Of a DNA stretch of 64,000 bases, positions 50,901 through 63,500 are shown piece by piece. Where the stretch lies: NCBI GenBank assembly GCA_004431415.1, contig QPMI01000049.1, positions 124,001-188,000 on the forward strand, given 5' to 3'. The stretch comes from Cyanophora paradoxa CCMP329 (Eukaryota > Plantae > Glaucophyta). The notes below the pieces were generated by a model. That model searched no databases. It was not told where the DNA came from and worked only from the letters and a program-made list of their open reading frames with translations. Position 1 is the first letter of the stretch, and the number at the start of each line of letters is the position of its first letter. The translations under genes were made by a program, and so were the position numbers.

Positions 50901-53900
50901 GCCACGAGATGATCTACAAGGTCTTCGTGGAGGACCTCATCACGCGGAGCATCCCCCTCACGCAGCCGTTCCGCATCGAGTCGATCCTGACGAACGACGT
51001 CGAGATCTCCAAGTGGGCGTCGGAGAGCCTCCCGTCCGACGAGCTCTCCGTCCAGAACGGCATCCTGACGGGCCGCGCCTCCCGCTTCCCGCTCTGCATC
51101 GACCCCCAGATGCAGGCGGTGCGGTGGATCAAGAAGAAGGAGGGGAAGAACCTGGAGGGGCGCGTGCGCACCTTCAACGACCCCGACTTCCTCAAGCACC
51201 TCGAGATGGCCATCACGTACGGCTTCCCCTTCCTCTTCGAGAACCTGGACGAGTACATCGACCCCGTCATCAACCCGATCCTCGAGAAGACGATCACGGT
51301 GCAGGGAAACCGCAAGTTCATCCGCCTCGGAGACAAGGAGGTCGACTGGGACGACAACTTCCGCCTCTACATGTGCACGAAGCTCTCGAACCCGTCGTAC
51401 ACGCCCGAGGTCTTCGGCAAGACGTCGATCATCAACTTCGGCGTGACGCCGCAGGGGCTGGAGGACCAGCTGCTGGACGTGGTCGTCGGGCACGAGCGGC
51501 TCGACCTGCAGCAGCAGCGTCAGGACCTCATCAACGAGATGAGCGAGAACCGCTCCATGCTCAAGGAGCTGGAGGACACGCTGCTGCGCGAGCTCGCCAA
51601 CTCGACCGGCAACATCCTCGACAACGAGGACCTGATCGCGACGCTCGAGAACACGAAGCAGAAGGCGACGGAGATCGCGGAGAAGCTGCAGACGGCGAAG
51701 CAGACGGCGGCGGAGATCGACGAGGTCCGCTTCCGCTACCGCCCGGCCGCCAAGCGCGGCGCCATCCTCTTCTTCGTCATGTCCTCCCTCTCCGCGGTCC
51801 GCCCCGCCCCCCCGCGCCCCCCCCCCCCCCCCCCCCCCCCGCCGCCGCCGCCGCTTTCGACCTTCTTCGCATCTAGCTCGGCTGACGTCGATGTCTCCGG
51901 CAGATCAACTCGATGTACGAGTACAGCCTGTCGGCCTTCCTCGGCGTCTTCGAGCACTCGCTCCAAAAGTCGGAGCACGACCCGATCCTCGAGAAGCGCC
52001 TCCTGCACATCCTCGACGCCCTCACGTACAACGTGTACAACTACACGTGCACGGGCCTCTTCGAAATCCACAAGCTCATGTTCTCCTTCCAGGTGCGCGC
52101 GAAGCGTCGAAATCGCCTCCGTCTGTGCGACGCGCGTGACGCCCGTCGGGGGCCCAGATGACGATGAAGATCCTGGACGGGGACGGGAAGCTGAACCACC
52201 GGGAGCTCGACTTCTTCATCAAGGGGAACCTGAGCCTGGAGAAGAACGCGCGGGGCAACCCGTTCCCGGCGTGGATCGCGGACCAGGGCTGGCAGGACCT
52301 CATGATGCTGCCGCTGCTGGACGAGACGCTCTTCGGGAACCTGCCCGACGACGTGGAGCGGAACGAGAAGGCGTGGAAGGCGTGGTACGACCTGGAGCGC
52401 CCGGAGGCCGTGCCGCTCCCGATGGGCTACAGCGACCGCCTCAACCCCTTCCAGCAGATGCTCGTCCTGAAGTGCTTCCGCACGGACCGCATCACCATCG
52501 CCGTCACGTCGTACGTGATCTCGGTGATGGGCGACAAGTTCGTGCAGCCGCCCGTCCTGAACTACAAGAACATCTTCGACCAGTCGAGCCCGACGAGCCC
52601 CGTCGTCTTCATCCTCTCGCCGGGCGCCGACCCCGCCTACGACATCTTCAAGCTGGCCGACCAGGTCGGCATGGGCGGCAACAAGCTCAAGTTCATCGCG
52701 CTGGGGCAGGGCCAGGGCCCCGTCGCCCAGCAGCTGCTCGAGACCGGCTCCACGCGCGGGCAGTGGGTCATGCTCCAGAACTGCCACCTGCTCACGCGCT
52801 GGCTCAAGACCCTCGAGAAGATCCTCGAGCGCATCGAGAAGCCGCACAAGGACTTCCGCCTGTGGCTCACGACGGACCCGACGCCGGCCTTCCCGCTCGG
52901 CATCCTCCAGAAGTCGCTCAAGGTCGTCACGGAGCCGCCGAACGGCCTGAAGCTCAACATGCGCTCCTCCTACTCGAAGATCAACGAGGAGGCGCTGGCG
53001 CAGTGCCCGCACCGCGCCTTCCGCCCCCTCGTCTACGTCCTCGCCTTCTTCCACGCCGTCGTCCAGGAGCGCCGCAAGTACGGCAAGATCGGGTGCGCCT
53101 GCACGCCTCGAAGCGCGCGGCTTGCCCGGCTGAGCTCGCCCGCCCGCAGGTGGAACGTGCCGTACGACTTCAACGAGTCGGACTTCCGCGTCTCGCTCAT
53201 GCTCCTCAACACGTACCTCACGAAGGCCTTCGTGAACAGGGACGAGATGATCCCCTGGGGCTCCCTCAAGTACCTCATCGGCGAGGCCATGTACGGCGGG
53301 CGCGTCACCGACAGCTTCGACCGGCGCGTCCTCGTCACGTACCTCGACGAGTACATGGGAGACTTCCTCTTCGACACCTTCCAGGTCCCTGCCCCTCGCT
53401 GCCTGCTTTTTGTTGTGTCTGACGTTGTCTGCGTCTACAGCCGTTCCACTTCTACAAGAACGAGGACGGCTCGGTGAACTACCACGTGCCGGAGTACGGC
53501 CCCCGCGAGAACTACGCGAACATGATCGAGTCCCTCCCGCTCGTCAACAGCCCCGAGGTCCGCCCGTCCCCTCCGCCCGGCCCGCCCGCCCGCCCCGCTC
53601 TCGTCCTGGCCTGACCGGCGGAGGCGGCGGCTCTGCAGGTCTTCGGGCTGCACCCGAACGCCGAGATATCGTACCTGACGATCTCGAGCAAGGACCTCTG
53701 GCTCCGCCTCGTCGACCTGCAGCCGCGCGTCGGCTCCTCGGGCGGCGGCATCACGCGCGAGGAGTACATCGGGCAGGTGGCCCGCGAGATCCAGTCCAAG
53801 CTCCCCGAGCTCTTCGACATCCCCGTCATCAAGAAGCAGCTGGGCGTGCCCACGCCGACGCAGGTCGTGCTGCTGCAGGAGCTCGAGCGCTGGAACCGCC

Positions 53901-54583
53901 TCGTCCACAAGATGACGGGCTCGCTGAAGGACCTCCAGCGGGCCCTCGTCGGCGAGATCGGCATGTCCAACGAGCTCGACGAGCTCGCCTCGGCGCTCTT
54001 CTCGGGGCAGATCCCGGGGCCCTGGCGCCGCCTCGCCCCCGACACGATGAAGGCCCTCGGCTCGTGGATGGCGCACTTCATGCGGCGGTACGGCCAGTAC
54101 AAGGCGTGGGTCGAGGAGGGCGAGCCGAACGTCATGTGGCTCTCCGGCCTCCACATCCCGGAGACGTACCTGGCGGCGCTCGTGCAGACGACGTGCCGCG
54201 CCAAGGGCTGGGCCCTCGACAAGTCGACCCTCTACACGACCGTCACGCGCTACACGGACGCGGAGCAGGTGCACAAGCGGCCGGAGTCGGGCTGCTACGT
54301 CGCCGGGCTGTACCTGGAGGGGGCCGGCTGGGACGTCGAGAAGGCGTGCCTGGTGCGGCAGCGGCCCAAGGTGCTCGTCACGGAGCTCCCGATCATGCAG
54401 ATCATCCCCGTCGAGGCCTCGAAGCTCAAGCTCACGAACACGCTCAAGGCGCCCGTGTACGTGACGCAGTCGCGGCGCAACGCGATGGGCGTCGGCCTCG
54501 TGTTCGAGGCGGACCTCTCGACCTCCACGCACCACTCCCACTGGGTCCTCCAGGGCACCTGCGTCGTCCTCAACGTCGACTAA
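38918..54583 (+). CDS. DNAH10: Axonemal inner-arm dynein heavy chain I1/f alpha (DNAH10-type), about 22 introns
   Basis: [41 protein letters not shown] (DNAH10-like); P-loops [33 protein letters not shown]; stalk; C-terminal [14 protein letters not shown]. The start may have an upstream exon. Confidence 0.95.
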
Positions 54584-56041
54584 AAATAGCCGCCCCTTCT
54601 CTACTTCTCTACTTCCTCTCCCCCCCGCTCCTTCTCTGCTTCCTCGCCCTCGTCCCGGCTCTGCACTCCCCTGAACGATATCGCAGTAGGATTATGCGCT
54701 AGGTTATTCTACGGCAGGGTAGCGTCGTTCGTAGTCGTTGCTTCTTCGCATCAGGCCAGACAGTGTACTCTAGTCAACAATTCTGACGCATTGCAGTCGG
54801 TTCCTGAAGGGATCTTTCGCAGTAGGGGCGGGGGCGGGGGCGGGGGCGGGTTTAGAATTAGTAGGAGCCGCTGACTCGTGGCTCATATACTGGAGCTCGA
54901 CGTCCCCGCCCCACCCCCACAGCCTCAGGGCCTCAGGCAGCAGCCGGGGCGCCTGCTGGGAAACTTGAAACTTAATTCGGGCCATCAGGCGCCGCGGCGG
55001 TTCGAAATCTCGGCGAGGGAGGGTACGTACGCTTTGCGTCACCTACAAAAAAATGAATATAGGTTTTGTATATGTCGCCAACGTCGACGTCTTCACGCGC
55101 GCGGGCCCCGGCCGGGCCGGGGGCCGGGGCCGGCGGCCGGCCCCCGGGCCCCGGCCCCCGGGGCCCCAGGTATGTAACGGTTCGTTCGGCGAACGTTTCG
55201 ACTCTCGCCGAGGCCGGCCCGAGGCTCTACGTATAATGTATATACGTAACTACTGTATCTGTAATTAATGCGTTTTCGCGAAATTCTGCAATTTAATGAA
55301 AACGCATTAATTTGGTACCGCATTATTATCAAAACGACAAGAAACAGCTCAGCGGCTGAATGTAGTATCTACCCCCCTGCCGCAGCCATGCATCAAAAAC
55401 CAATTAATTTCTGCAGTGAATTACGGCACGTAGCGACTGCAGCTGGGGCCTGCAAATTGCTGCAATGCCCTGCATTATGCTGCATGCCATGATGCGCGTT
55501 GCAATATTAACTGCAAAAATTCAGCAGCAAAATTGCCAAGTTGCTAGCTCGAGATCGAGGAAAAAGCGTTACCGTTCGATTCTAACCGTGCTACGGAGGC
55601 TAACGGAGCCTACGGTAGACTATCTTCTGTCGTATTACCTCCAGAAAAACAACGAAATCTGAACGAAAACGCCCGCGCTAGCAAGAGGCTAACGGCCTCT
55701 GACACCTGGCGGGGGCCGAATTTCTTTCTCCAGTGTTCTTTGCTCGCAGAATCACCCTCTACTGCCCGCGCACTGTACATGTGCTTGGCAATTTAGATGG
55801 ATCGCATCTGGGTCACTTCCGGGTCAATTTTCCTCAGTTTTTGCACGGTAGCCTGACTGAACCTCGGGTTGACTGATTCAGTCACAGTCAGGGGGGCTGA
55901 GCGACTGGGTCCGACGGTCTGGGCTGGAGCCTGACTGAACCCAGCACTACTCTGCACTGACTCTCAGAGTCTGCAGATCCCGACGATCGCGACCATATGC
56001 AATGACTACCGTGTAATTTATAACAGGAAAATACCAGATCG

Positions 56042-56253
56042 GAAATTAGTGGATCGTAAAACTTCGCCACAGTGGCTCACACAGGCGAAATACTGGAGCC
56101 CGAAATTAGTGGATCGCAAAACTTTCAGGCTTGTATGGGGCGGTAATTTTGAGGGGTATACTATGAGGCCGCTTCTCATAAGGGAATTAGTGGAGCCGGA
56201 AATTAGTGGACTGAGTCAAGATTTCAGTCCACTAATTTCCGGCTCCACTAATT
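56042..56253. repeat. AATTAGTGGA repeat cluster ending in a perfect 30-bp inverted repeat
   Basis: Arms 56185-56214 and 56224-56253 are exact reverse complements with a 9-nt loop; direct repeats GAAATTAGTGGATCG near 56042 and 56102. Confidence 0.9.
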
Positions 56254-57565
56254 TTCAGTTTTCAAAGTTTCAGCGTCCAGTATTGTGCAATGTGCATTCA
56301 ATGATTCGAATTCCCGGAGTCCGTATCGGCCGCCGCTGCGCGGGCGCCGGGCCGGCGGAATGCCCGGAAGTACCGGTACTACCGACCCTTTGTAGGTCGA
56401 CCCACGTCAAGCTTCAGATGGAAAAAGCCCACAGGGGGGCACGCTCCCAGCAGCGTTTTGTATGGGACTGAGAGAACCTCAGTCGGCCAATTTGGTGACT
56501 CAGTCGGGTCAGTCAGACCCTCTGACTTTGACTGACAGTGACTGAACCCAGCCCTAGTGCAGAGTCACTGCCAGAGTCAGTGCACGTGCAGACTGCAGAC
56601 TGCAGTGGACCAGCGCAGTGCACTGCGGCAGCTGGTTGCAGCGAGGATCTTAGATCTCTCAGAGTCTGCAGCTGGCTGCAGCCGAGGACGCAGAGATTCT
56701 TCGAGGAGCGCGCACGCGCCGGGCGCGGCGCCGGCCGAGCTTCGAGTCGGGAGTCGGGACGTTGACCGGCGTCGATCAGCGAAGCGGCGCGCGCGTGCTG
56801 CTGCCAGGCTGCTGGTTGTGCGCGGCTGGCCATGGCCGCCGGTCACCGGCCGCCGGTCGAAAGAGCTGCAGGCTGCAGCAACATATCGTACGCGTAAGAG
56901 ACGATGTGTTCTGCGATCATAGTGCAGGCTGCGGCGTATCATAGTGCATTGCGCAGACGCTGACTCAGTGAGCTTAAGCTTCTCGGAGGTCCATCTGCCC
57001 GCCGCAGCAGGCCTAGGCTGTTGGCCGCATGCGCAACAGCAGCTGCTGCGCACGCGCACGCAGCGTCGACCGCATGCATATGCGCAGCACGTGCACGCGC
57101 GTGCGCAGCCGAGCCGCGGCCGCGGCGCGGAGCATAGATATCGATATAACGATCAGCCATGTTCATTCACGTGCACATTCGTCTAGTTCGGAACGTCGGA
57201 CGCGGCCGCAGCTGGCTCGGCGCGCACATGTACATCCGCAGCTGCACATGCAGCTACGTTTACGGTCGGGACCGCACGCGTCCGCAGCGCTTAATTCCAA
57301 TGCTCATTGTACAGACGTCGACGGCGATTGCGACAGGTACAGCTGCAGCAGCAGGTGCAGCAGCGGTGACACTCAATTGCAATCGCACGAGAGAGGCCGA
57401 ACCAGGCGCCTCGAGGACTCCATCGCCATGGCCAGCGTTAGCTGCAGGACTCGCGGTCTCAATAGGAATCGTGTATACCCTCGCGATCGGCGCCGGCGTC
57501 ACATTTCAACTGATCTCAGATCTAGAGGCGGTGCTACCGTATGCTGCAGCTGTCATGATCAGTGC

Positions 57566-60500
57566 ATGCCTAGGCAAAGGCGGACTCAGTCGTCCGCCAT
57601 CGGTTTCATCGTGATCGCCCTGCTCGTGCATGTCTGGACGAACATGCCGCTCGTCTCGCGAGCACAGGCGACCCTTGCTCCTGGATCGCCCGGTGCGTTA
57701 TAGCTATAGCTATGTAAATCTTCTCCGCGCACGTTTAATTATAATTTATGCTGTTATCGTTTGTACACGTTTCACCGAGTCGCAGAGTCTATCTGGGTGC
57801 CTGGCCTCTCTACGACAACGTCTCGCTACAATTCCCCGATGCCGGAACCTCGCTTCTATTCATCGGGGGTGCTTTACCGGAGCGGGGCAGGCGGGCTGCA
57901 GTTCGCCGTCGTCGCAGGCTCCAACTCGTCTGACTTCAGCAGCGACGACCGTCTTTATCTCACGACGTACAGGGACACGATCTGGTACTTCGATTTCGGT
58001 ACGAGGCATTTTGCTTGCATGTATTCCTAGATCTTCCAGCTCTGGTTTAATTTCGCTTTCTGTTCACGTCTTTAGGCTTAAGCTTGACGCCGACGCAGAT
58101 TCGGGGCAGTGGGCGGAATCACCCCTGAGGCAGCCCTACAAGGCGATCGCCCCCGCTTGCGCTTGGGACAGCTCGTCTTTCATCTATTGCAGCGGTTTGT
58201 TGCATTGTTAATACTAATATTTTATTCATCATGTTCGATGTGCCGTGCTGTAACTGTCGCACAGGAGGGATGAGTACGCGGCACACGAACGGGATTCGAA
58301 CAGATGTCTGGCGTTTCTCCGTGTCGATCGCGATGGGTGATTCGAATGGGACGTTCGCGCGCTCGATCGAGAGCCTCCCGCCGCTTCCGGGGTTCGGGAG
58401 GGCATTCCACTGCAGCACTTTCTACAACAGCAGTCTCTGGGTTCGTCTGCCGAGCACGAGGGTCCTTCAAGATGATTAGTATTGCGGGGTTTCATTTCTC
58501 CGCAAACCTCATGTGCGTGCACAAATGCGCGCTTGCCCTCAGGTCGTTGGCGGCATGGACGCGGCCTACGATCTTAGAAACGATTTGCTCCGACTGCGTC
58601 TGGATCCCTCCAGCTCCGAACCCGTCGCAGCGAGCGCATTGTGGGAGTCCGTGATTGAGCAGTGGTCCTCGGCCGTCATGTCCCCTCGCTTCTGGGCGGC
58701 ATGTGCCAGAAGCGGGAGCCAGTTTTTCATCGCCGGCGGCGCTGGTGTGGACTATTACGGCCGCCCCGTCGTGTACAGCCCAGGCGTGTTGTGCGTCACT
58801 TCGATTTCATGCGATCACATAATAATTACGATCAGTCGTGAACACGGGAGATAGCTATGGGCGTTCTAGATTTAAACTTGATCATGATTTCTTCATCTAC
58901 GTATACGTAAATTCTACACCATGGGCATTAAAAATCAAATACGTTTTTAATTGATCACTTTCGCGTGTACATATGTCGACGTCCCGGCATTGCGATTACA
59001 GCGTGGTCGATCTGGCCACAATCGCGGAAGCGCCAACGAAAGATTTCAGGCTTCTCGCGGGATCTGCAACGTCTCAAATCGGACGGAGGTACGCCCACAT
59101 ACTCGGCGGATGCGAGGGGTCTCTCTTCCACATCGGCTGGGCTCCCGGGGCGTTCGACCCGTCGTACTCGCAGTACACAGCGCTCGACACGTCTTGTGCG
59201 TCGCGGTCGCGAGTTCTTTTTATGCGCCGCGCTGGCCATGGATGCAGCTTGAATTTCTGCGTGCGCCGTTTGCAGCGGGGATAGCGGCGTCTCAGAGGTC
59301 GACGGTCTTGGCGTGGTTCGGCAGCTACGCAGCAGCCTTCGACTCACTGTCGTCTCCCGATAACTGTACAGTGTACGTACGTACCACGATCGCAACTGAA
59401 CTCTTGCACGTACTCATTCATTGCGCGCTGTACCCCGCGCTCACGCCACTGGGAATGTATGCGCAGAGCGTTTGCCGGTGGTTTCGGCTTTCATCGTTCT
59501 ATTCATCGCGTGGACGGTACGGCTCTCAAACTCTTGCAATTGATCTGAAAATTGCGTTCAAATTTGAATACCATCGCTGCCACTGGGCCAGGTCAAATCT
59601 TGCTGCAAGAAATAACAGCCACTGGCGTCAGCTTTAGTCTCGATGTCTCAACGGCGCCTCTCTCGGTGTCTGCACGGGCTCACTCCTTCTCCTGGGCGCT
59701 GTCATTCGGATTGCCGGCATCGCCCACTTACAGGAATCTGAGCGTTGTCTGCAATGGAGGCGAGACGCAGCGCTCGTGGAATTACGAATTCGAAGCCGGA
59801 TGGACGTCGAAATTCGTGGCCCAAGATGCAGCGTTCGTGGGCTTCCCCGAGCTTCCTATCTCCTACGCCATCGATTGCGTTGCAACGATGCACTACGATA
59901 TGCAAGCAAACTCAACAGCGGGTCAGATAGCAGTCCCTCGAGTCGCGCTGGGAACAGCCTCAAGAACCGTCCAAGATGGTGCGCACCGCACAGGATATTC
60001 CGTCTGTGACTGGCGGGAATTCAGCTAGTTAGTACGGAAAGGCAATCATTATGATATAATTTAAACACGCAGCCCGGACCGTGGCGCGGGCCGAGAACTT
60101 CACGATCGAGGTGCTGAACGACACGGCGGTCGCGGCGGGCCCGTTCGCGTGGGCGCTCTCCGAGGCCGGCGCCCCCGGCTCGCCGACGTTCAAGCGGCTG
60201 GCCGTGACGTGCACGGCGGGCCCCTGGACGGCGTCGGCGGCGTTTGCGGGGCCACTTGTCGCGGGGTCGACGGGCTCGTCGGGCGTGGTGGTGGACGGGC
60301 TGTGGGAGCCGTGGTCATACCGCGTGAATTGCACGGCGACGCTGGAGTACTCGCACGCGGGCGTCACGACCTGGGCCTCGTTCTTGCCAGGTGCGGCACC
60401 GACAGTGCTATCGCTAGCAAGCGCTGTTTTGTATCCGGATATATACGACCCGTGTTCTCGCCGGATCGGGCTGACGATGCGACTGGGGCGTGGTGCGCAG

Positions 60501-63500
60501 CTCCCACGAATTTCAGGGCGGTGCGCGAGGACTCGCTGGTCTTTGCTGTCGACCGGGCGCCGCTGGTGGGAAGCGCGGCGGAGGGCGGCGCCAACCTGAC
60601 GGTCACGCTGCACGGCGTGCGGTGGTCGCTGTCTCGCGGGCTGCACGGCACCCCGCCGTACGTGAGCCTGCTGTTCGTCTGCGTGTGCGACGGGCGGAAA
60701 GCGACGGCGTTCGGGGAGGTTCCGGCGGCGGGCTCGCAGTCGGCGGCGAACGGGACGGTGCACTTCTCGGGGTTGGGGGAGCGGGCGCAGTGTTCGACGT
60801 CGTCACTGAAGTGCGCTGTCGTGCTGACATTCACGTCGGAGAGAAACGAGACTCTCGCAGTGGCGGGGGGTGACGGTGAGCATGCATTTGTGCGCATAGC
60901 ATTCAGTGCTGGAGCTCCCAGATGCATATATAGGTTCCAGTCAGAAGATACGGTTTAATTACACGGCTCCTCTGTAGTTTGTTCCCTCGGGTATGCTAGC
61001 GCTAGATATCGATGATCTGACTGCAAACGTTAACGGCTCCGATCGCGACGGCTCGCAGTCCGGGCTCTCGCGAGGACGATCATCGACGAGCGCGTGACCT
61101 TCGGCGTACAGCCTCTCAGCACGACTTCCATCCGATTCGGCTCGTTTGCGTGGGCCCTGACGCCGCCTCCGGCCGGCTTGAAGCTTCCAGCGACGCCTGC
61201 ATACACGAATCTCACCGTTGATTGCATTGGGGCCGGCGAGCAGCAGTCGTGGAGTCTGCCGTCGTCGCCTGCAGTCGTTGGCGCAACGACGTCGGCTCAG
61301 CAAGCGACCCTAACTGGCTTCTTCGAGACTCCGGTCGCGTACCCGATTAACTGCACGGCGGTGCTGCGCTATGACGTGTACGGTGACGCGGCCACCGGCT
61401 TGGCCGTGGGCGCGGCCTCGACAATGTCGATCGCCGGTGCGCAATGTTGCTGCAACATTAATATCTAGGACTTCGTTGTGTGCATCGCGCTGCCGCCTGC
61501 AAACATCCATCCTCTGATAACCGATGGTGCGGCCGCGACACGCGATGCAGCCCGGACCGTGGCGCGGGCCGAGAACTTCACGATCGAGGTGCTGAACGAC
61601 ACGGCGGTCGCGGCGGGCCCGTTCGCGTGGGCGCTCTCCGAGGCCGGCGCCCCCGGCTCGCCGACGTTCAAGCGGCTGGCCGTGACGTGCACGGCGGGCC
61701 CCTGGACGGCGTCGGCGGCGTTTGCGGGGCCACTTGTCGCGGTGTCGACGGGCACGTCGTCGGGCGTGGTGGTGGACGGGCTGTGGGAGCCGTGGTCGTA
61801 CCGAGTGAACTGCACGGCGACGCTGGTGTACTCGCACGCGGGCGTCACGACCTGGGACTCGTTCTTGCCAGGTGCGGCAGCGACAGTGCTATCGCTAGCA
61901 AGCGCTGTTTTGTATCCGGATATATACGACCCGTGGTCTCGCCGGATCGGGCTGACGATGCGACTGGGGCGTGGTGCGCAGCTCCCACGAATTTCAGGGC
62001 GGTGCGCGAGGACTCGCTGGTCTTCGCTGTCGACCGGGCGCCGCTGGTGGGAAGCGCGGCGGAGGGCGGCGCCAACCTGACGGTCACGCTGCACGGCGTG
62101 CGGTGGTCGCTGTCTCGCGGGCTGCACGGCACCCCGCCGTACGTGAGCCTGCTGTTCGTCTGCGTGTGCGACGGGCGGAAAGCGACGGCATTCGGGGAGG
62201 TTCCGGCGGCGGGCTCGCAGTCGGCGGCGAACGGGACGGCGCACTTCTCGGGGGTGGGGGAGCGGGCGCGATGGGCAACGGTGACATGCGTCGCTGTTCT
62301 AACCTACACGACGGAGACAAATGCATCAAGCGTTGCTACCGGAGCATTAGGTAAGGGTTGATAAATCGATGCATTATCTAAATATTACTTGTTGTTATTT
62401 GACATTTCTCTCTCGCCGTCAGAGCAATTCGCGCCTTCGCAGTCGCCGGAAATTGTTCCGACACCGTCGGCTCACGTTTGCGAAGCGGTTCCAACGTTGA
62501 CACCGGCACCGGCGCCGAGTCTACTTCCAGCGGTCAACGCTCCGAGCAATTATTCGAACAATTTCACCGCAATTCCCGTGAGTGCAGGACGACTTTTCGT
62601 TTTACACACGTGCACGGCGCCGGCGTCTAGATCTGCAAATTCGATTTCGAAATCTGACGATCCATTCCTTGCGAATCAGATTGCGAGCCCTTGCCCCTGT
62701 ATTTGCCCATCAGAATCTTCTTCTAACCCTTCGCCTAGTCCGTCGCCAAAAGTGCGCTCCCTCTCCAATTGAAGCCTTAAATAGCGCTGCTTATTTTTAT
62801 GAGGCCGCGCTTAAAGCTTGCTGCAGGCTGCGTTGGAGATCGATCGCCTTGTGATTAACGGGGTTGAGTACAACATTAGCGTTTCTGGCAAAGACTCCGA
62901 AATCGTCGTGCTTCTTTCGCAGCCAATCGAGCCAACGCTTGTGCGGGTGCGCTCGCAATCGGATCGCGCGCGCGCGCCAGCCCGGCAGGTGGCTTTCATA
63001 TCGATACCGGCAATTCCTTACATTTCATTTGTCCAGGTAAACGGCAGGATCGAGGCCGTCACCCTCAATGTATCCGGAATTCCAGTGAGTGTGAAGTTCG
63101 TTTTCTCGTGAGCTGCGTCGACACTCACTGCCTCGCCTGCGGCGACAACGCGCAGGCCGGAGAGCCGATTCGCCTCTTCCTGGCCAACGAAACCCTCGAG
63201 GTCGAGATGCCCGAGGCATCCGTCCCCGTCGAAGGACAGATACGATTCGGTGAGCAGCACCCGTGCAACTGAAATTAACGAACGCCGATCGAGCTCGTAT
63301 CTGTCGTAACGCCGCGCTCTACAGGACCCGTTTCGAGCTCTGGAAGAGATTCAGATGCGAAGCGGGCTAGCTCTCGCGGTCGATCTCTCCTGTCGTCCGC
63401 CGTTGACGAGGACGGCAATCCGACCGATATCAATGCGTCCGCATCCAACGGCCTCCTTTTCAGCGTCCGCATCAAGTCCTCGGCGAACCGCTTCCCCGAC

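Noticed and set aside
42496-53054. Very long antisense and alternative-frame ORFs (up to 1641 aa) over the dynein gene
   Set aside because: Shadow ORFs caused by near-exclusive G/C third positions; no recognisable domains.
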